DNA from: Eledone cirrhosa
Lineage: Eukaryota
DNA length: 64,000 bases
Direction of reading: 5' to 3'
Assembly (NCBI GenBank): GCA_964016885.1
Contig: OZ024743.1
Location: 42,160,001 to 42,224,000 of the forward strand
Part shown: in pieces, positions 58,216 through 64,000 of the stretch
Numbering within the stretch: position 1 is the first letter of the stretch
How the letters are laid out: every line of letters begins with the position of its first letter
Translations under genes and position numbers: made by a program
Notes under the pieces: model-generated
The model's database searches: none
What the model saw: the letters and a program-made list of their open reading frames with translations, nothing else
What the model was told of the DNA's origin: nothing

Positions 58216-58894
58216 GAATTCTCGACAGTTGGATTACGTAACTGTCTTTATCCCATTGCAGAAACTAATTAGTTGGAGTGTAAATTTAAGTAAGTAAGTA
58301 AAAATTTTTTTAAAATTTTTTTAAAAATATTTTCTTATTTTACGTCTTTTATATTATTGTTCTGCACCCTCCTGCATTGAACCACCTAGGTACTATGACA
58401 TAACCTGTGTATTTGCTGGCATGGACGTGCATCTGTGCGCCTATGTTAGTTGATATATTAAATTATCTATATTTATCTCCAAATCACTGATTTGTCGAGC
58501 AAACCTGCCAAAACCACTTCTAAATTTTGTTAGGGTGTTAGTAGGCGTCAGTCATCTTACCATCCCATTCCTTCTAACTAGCCTCTGTGTCACGTGATTG
58601 ATTCTTTAGAATCGGCCATTTGACTAGAAGCAGTGAGAATTTCAGTACATAGAATCCAGTCCTCGCCAGCTGTTCTTTCTACCGAATTATTATTATTTTT
58701 ATATGAGCCGCCAGTGTCCGCGCATTGCCTGGAGACTCAGCTGAGAATAGACTCCCTGATGACGCAATGAATTCTCGACAGTTGGATTACGTAACTGTCT
58801 TTATCCCATTGCAGAAACTAATTAGTTGGAGTGAAAATTTAAGTAAGTAAAAAATGTTTTTTAAATATTTTAAAAAATATTTTCTTATTTTACG

Positions 58895-58900
<6 letters not shown>
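58214..58900 (+). mobile_element. Solo pLTR-like insertion with ~135 bp terminal direct repeat (period 553)
   Basis: atgaattctcgacagttggattacg at 58214 and 58767, with (TA)n on both sides. A degenerate HHR-like tcc CTGATGA cgcaat GAA...gga lies at 58753-58786. Confidence 0.6.
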
Positions 58901-58961
<61 letters not shown>

Positions 58962-58964
<3 letters not shown>

Positions 58965-59166
58965 GAGGAAATGTGGTAAGGAACCAGGTGGACCATAACG
59001 CACCAAAGTACTCAATACTTAGGGTAGTAGAGTGGGTAATAGGAACGAGTAGGACCCCGACGGCTGAGCTGAAGCCGTTTCGACGGCAAATTCTGGACTA
59101 AACATTTTTTAGTCCAGAATTACCCGTCGAAACGGTTTGAGCTCAGCCGTCGGGGTCCTACTCGTT

Positions 59167-59170
<4 letters not shown>
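58962..59170. repeat. Head-to-head pLTR 3' fragments (family of 7476-11568)
   Basis: Centre ggactaaacattttttagtcc; arm ends identical to those of 23393-23594. Confidence 0.9.
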
Positions 59171-59211
<41 letters not shown>

Positions 59212-59306
59212 AATATAATACGTGATTATTTGGAGCGGTTCTCAAATATTTGATATATATTTATCCTTATCGAGGCCTATTTGGATTGTAGTCTTCAAAT
59301 TTACTA

Positions 59307-59353
<47 letters not shown>

Positions 59354-59760
59354 TCAGAATATGAACATTCTGAACAAAGAAAGTAAAACAAAAATCAGAT
59401 ATGGTTTATGAAGAGTACGTCATTGTTTTACGATCATATCCGAGAGCTGATTCATCATGCTGAAGCGAATGTAGAAGCACTAGTTAGTGGGATAGAGCAC
59501 CACCAATTTTTAGTGCCGGTAATCGAAATGAATCACTTCGTCTGCCTCAGAGGCAGTGAAATATGATTTCATTAAATCTTTATAGAAGGATTTCCAACGA
59601 ACCACTCCGTACTAAAAAACAATAATTTCATGCAATCACAAGATTCATAAAACATGTATATTCTACGAACCTAAATAACCTGAATGCGTGTATCTGTGCG
59701 TATTTCTATGTATGTTTATATGACAATAGCTATATTGACACATTCTATATTCGGAGGAGG

Positions 59761-59891
<131 letters not shown>

Positions 59892-60009
59892 TATATATAT
59901 ATATAAATATATGTGTGAGTGCATCTCTCTGTCCTTCTGAACATGTATATAGTTCTACCCACAAAATTATGCCGCATATCTGTATGCATGTATCTATGTA
60001 TGATGATGA

Positions 60010-60410
60010 GATGACCCCTTAGCCTTTGTCAATGCAGAATTCTAGAAGGAAAACTGATATAACACCTGCAACCCTGATGGTATCCAATGATGTTGACTTG
60101 TTCTTCTTTTTGGTAAATATGATCTTGGTTAAGAGAGTGGGACTGGCTTTGTGCAGTGCCTTTTCTCACTATAAAAGCTTCACGGCACAGGCATTGCTTT
60201 ATATCTGGAGATCTCTCAGCACTTATCGTCACATGGTACCATGGGCTCAACACTATGTGTCAATAATTGTCACAAGTGTAGTGTTTGTACCAGAGTTTTC
60301 AAGTCGCTGGCTGGACTAAAAAGTCACACGCGTTCAGCACATCGGTAGGGATTCTCCTACATGTATATAAAGTAGTGGCCGTACTCGAAAACGAGTTGGC
60401 AGCCACCATA
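60010..60410 (+). mobile_element. Short non-autonomous RTE-related element (RTE-like 5' UTR + RTE-like 3' end)
   Basis: The 5' part resembles the minus strand of 19690-19900 (ccc.tagcc.ttgtca...ctag.agga; gatgttga...ttctt; agagtggga.tggct..gtgcag). The 3' end ctcgaaaacgagttggcagccaccat resembles the RTE terminus at 15640. Confidence 0.7.
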
Positions 60411-60448
60411 TTCGTATCTATCTACACATACACATACATACGCACACA

Positions 60449-60513
<65 letters not shown>

Positions 60514-60514
60514 G

Positions 60515-60933
60515 TATTAATAAAAGGAATTCCAACTTTGTCTGATTTACTCGTTTTATTTACAATCCTTTAAAATTTATAATGTTATTAGAATGAAATA
60601 GTATGCTAGAATATTAAATGTTAAGTGTTAATCGAACAAGTACTTTCATGCTTTCGCAATCTTCAGGTTCACATTCTTTGGGGACAGTCAAGTTTGCAAA
60701 TTTCAAATGTGGAAATTGCAAAATTGATTGTCACCACAGAATATGAACCTGAAGATTGCGAAAGCATGGAACTACTTGTTCGATTAACACTTAACATTTA
60801 ATATTCTAGCATACTATTTCATTCTAATAACATTATAAATTTTAAAGGATTGTAAATAAAACGAGTATATCAGACAAAGTTGGAATTCCTTTTATTAATA
60901 TAATCTTCTATACACAATCATACACACCCGTGT

Positions 60934-60935
<2 letters not shown>
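60515..60935. repeat. Inverted repeat (~158 bp arms) carrying type I HHRs
   Basis: 60515-60672 mirrors 60743-60900. HHR gaac CTGAAGA t tgc gaaa gca t GAAA gtac TT gttc at 60634-60670 (-), with a mutated copy at 60745-60781 (+). Confidence 0.85.
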
Positions 60936-61012
<77 letters not shown>

Positions 61013-61564
61013 TACATATATGTATATATACATATATGTACTTAGAACTATATTAACAATCCTCAGAGGAAAGTCGGGAATTATAGTTTGTGGTGAAATG
61101 TTTCACTGAAATATATGGATTACCTTCAGCTTAGATTATGATTGCTAATCCTGCATCTTAAACACAGAGTTTATTTCGAGCGAATATGTTTTTTTCTGGC
61201 TCTTGTATTTTCCACGTTTCATATATGTTGACTTTTATTTAACAAAATAGACAAAAAAAACGAAAATCGATCTAAAGGAAATAATTCATGGAAAATTAAA
61301 CTTAGAAATTGAGTACCTCTGATTAAATAAACTTGTTTTCAATATTTCACGCCCCAAATAACATTTAAATAAAGGGGATACTATTGGAGACACCCTGAAA
61401 TGAACATAGTTATGTTTCTATATTATTATACCCCTAAATTTATTCAGACTCGCATTTCCTCAAGTATAAAAGGGCTCAAATAATTCGAGATCATATCTCA
61501 TTCGGAACTATTGTAAGAGAATAAATATGGGGTTTTAATGAAGGAAGTATAATTTTCCATGTAT

Positions 61565-61718
61565 TGGCACTATAGGTAGAGCATGGAGTTATGGCCCTTT
61601 ATATTCTGAGTTCTAACCCGCCGACTTTAACTTTGCCTTTCACCCTTACGGTGACGATAAATAAAGTACCAGTCATGCACTGGTTAATCGCTGGCCTAGT
61701 TCCAAAAGTAGAAACAAT
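61565..61718 (+). mobile_element. tRNA-SINE copy (diverged)
   Basis: tggcactataggtagag...gagttctaacccgccga...gcctttcacccttacgg...ccaaaagtagaaacaat. Confidence 0.75.
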
Positions 61719-61889
61719 ATATGTATATATGCGAATGCGCATGTAGATATGTGCCTATGTATGTGTACATGCATATATATTTGGTTTGTTATATATTTAT
61801 CGTGATAGACAAGATGAAGACTCTATGATTATAATTCATCTCTGTGTCCGTGTGTGCAGGTCCGCATTTTAGGTCTATGTACGTGTATA

Positions 61890-62420
<531 letters not shown>

Positions 62421-62430
62421 TATATATATA

Positions 62431-63089
62431 TTAGAATTGGTGCTCTGAAATAGCTATATATATATGAATGTATATATAGTGTATTTTGCAATACACTGTA
62501 TGCTTAATTAAAAGCATTTCGAAGCCTTATGCTATTGTTTGAGAGTAGTGACACACTCACTTACTTTCATTTTCAGCAAACAGGGGAGATAAAGCTGACA
62601 GGGCCCTGTTTCGCATGTATTGATGCTTATCAAAGCCAACTACTCCTCCTGTTTACTGAAATCATGGATGTTTGGTTCTTATAGCATTCTAGTAAATAAT
62701 CACGAACTAATTATACAGAGCGGTTGCCGGTCAAGCAGAAATTGAAAATTACAATTGGTGCTCTGAAATAGCTATATATATATGAATGTATATATAGTGT
62801 ATTTTGCAATACACTGTATGCTTAATTAAATTCTGCTTGACCGGCAACAGCTCTGTATAATCAGTTCCTGATTATTTACTAGAATGCTATAAGAACCAAA
62901 CATCCATGATTTCAGTAAACAGGAGGTGTAGTTGGCTTTGATAAGCATCAATAAATGCTAAATAGGGCCATGTCAGCTTTATCTCCCCTGTTTGTTGAAA
63001 ACTAAAGTAAGTGAGTCTGTCACTACTCTAAAACAATAGCATAAGGCTTCGAAATGCTTTTAATTAAGCATAAAGTGTATTGCAAAATA

Positions 63090-63095
<6 letters not shown>
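62431..63095. repeat. 318-bp-period tandem + inverted array, third member of the U3-A8 HHR repeat family
   Basis: Unit starts at 62431 and 62749, with a switch at ~62828. HHR ggct TTGATAA gcat caatac atgc GAAA cagggccctg TC agct at 62593-62637 (-), and a mutated copy at 62934-62978 (+). Confidence 0.9.
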
Positions 63096-63139
<44 letters not shown>

Positions 63140-63147
<8 letters not shown>

Positions 63148-64000
63148 AAACGTAAAATCAGTGAAGCATCTGAACTCAATTTATTGTGTGTTACAATTGT
63201 TTCGCCGGCAGACAGCTCGAGACGCGATCATTGTGTGGTTCTGTCTGATTCTGGATCTGCAGGTTCGACGGACACTTCTAATAACTTCGCATCAAATTTT
63301 CTCACTCTCTTAAAATTTGATACATAATGGATATCCGAGCTTTTCTAGGTACATATATTTCGGTCCTATCATCTATTCCTAGCCCCGTCACTATTTTTTT
63401 GGTCGTGGCGTTAATGTTATCTAGGTTGTCCTGTCCTGTGGTCCTGTAATTTTTCCTAATCCCTTTCCCGATGCAGTCGTTGTATGTAAAACGGTCAAGC
63501 ATGTATACATTACCAGTTTTGTCCGATCGCAGAAGTAAATCCTGGCATTCTTCCATGCTTTTGATTGTGGAGCTTAAACTCCGGAGGTAATCCGTATGTC
63601 GTGTATTATTCCTTCGGAACTAGATGTTTCGGACGATATTGATGATACGATTTTCAAATTCTTCCAGCTGTGCGTTATGTGGTGGGTGTCGTCTAAATCC
63701 AAAGATCCGCTTTAGGCCGTCCTGTGGATTATCGGGTGCGTGTTGTTGTGTCCTTCTGTCGTGGTGAAATGCGCGCCATCTCATGCGTCTAACGAAAGAG
63801 TTGGTGTGGTGTATCAGTAAGCTCATGTACGTGTTGTGAGACGGGATCAGGATGTCCTTTAAAGAGGAAGAGTAATTGAATGTTTCCATGGCGAATCGCT
63901 GTGAGCGCTCTACTTGTGGAGGAGCGTAATATATATGTGTGTCTGATGGTAGCTAAGATGCTTCCATAGGTGGTATGCCGGTTGAGCACTCTATGTTCTA
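63140..64000 (-). mobile_element. Internally deleted Penelope-like element (ORF N-terminus + pLTR end)
   Basis: METFNYSSSLKDILIP...FVRRMRWRAF and DKTGNVY...DRTE are homologous to 8159-8686. The ORF stops at ~63300 and is followed by a degenerate HHR (63188-63275) and (TA)n. Confidence 0.85.

Overview
AT-rich, microsatellite-dense animal genomic DNA with no host gene I can support. The SINE and RTE tails look cephalopod/Octopus-like, but that is an inference. The window is mostly retroelements: at least four Penelope-like elements (RT with YRDD, CxCx5C linker, C-terminal GIY-YIG), a near-full RTE LINE with RTE fragments and short derivatives, R4/Dong-like and CRE-like RLE fragments, a decayed Helitron and tRNA-derived SINEs. 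The main hidden signal is about 25 type I hammerhead ribozyme (HHR) motifs from about a dozen sequence families, read by eye. Nearly all lie in Penelope pseudo-LTRs or in small tandem/inverted insertions bounded by (TA)n. Several carry a non-canonical core in which the C3-G8 pair is replaced by U3-A8 (UUGAUAA/UUGAGAA). This variant occurs both in an ORF-bearing Penelope pLTR and in a non-coding ~317-321 bp retrozyme-like tandem repeat family, whose three loci show compensatory changes in helices I, II and III. About 15 insertions share one geometry: ribozyme-sense strands diverge and both 3' ends abut (TA)n or similar simple repeats. All folds and family assignments were made without computation, and coordinates may be off by a few bases.
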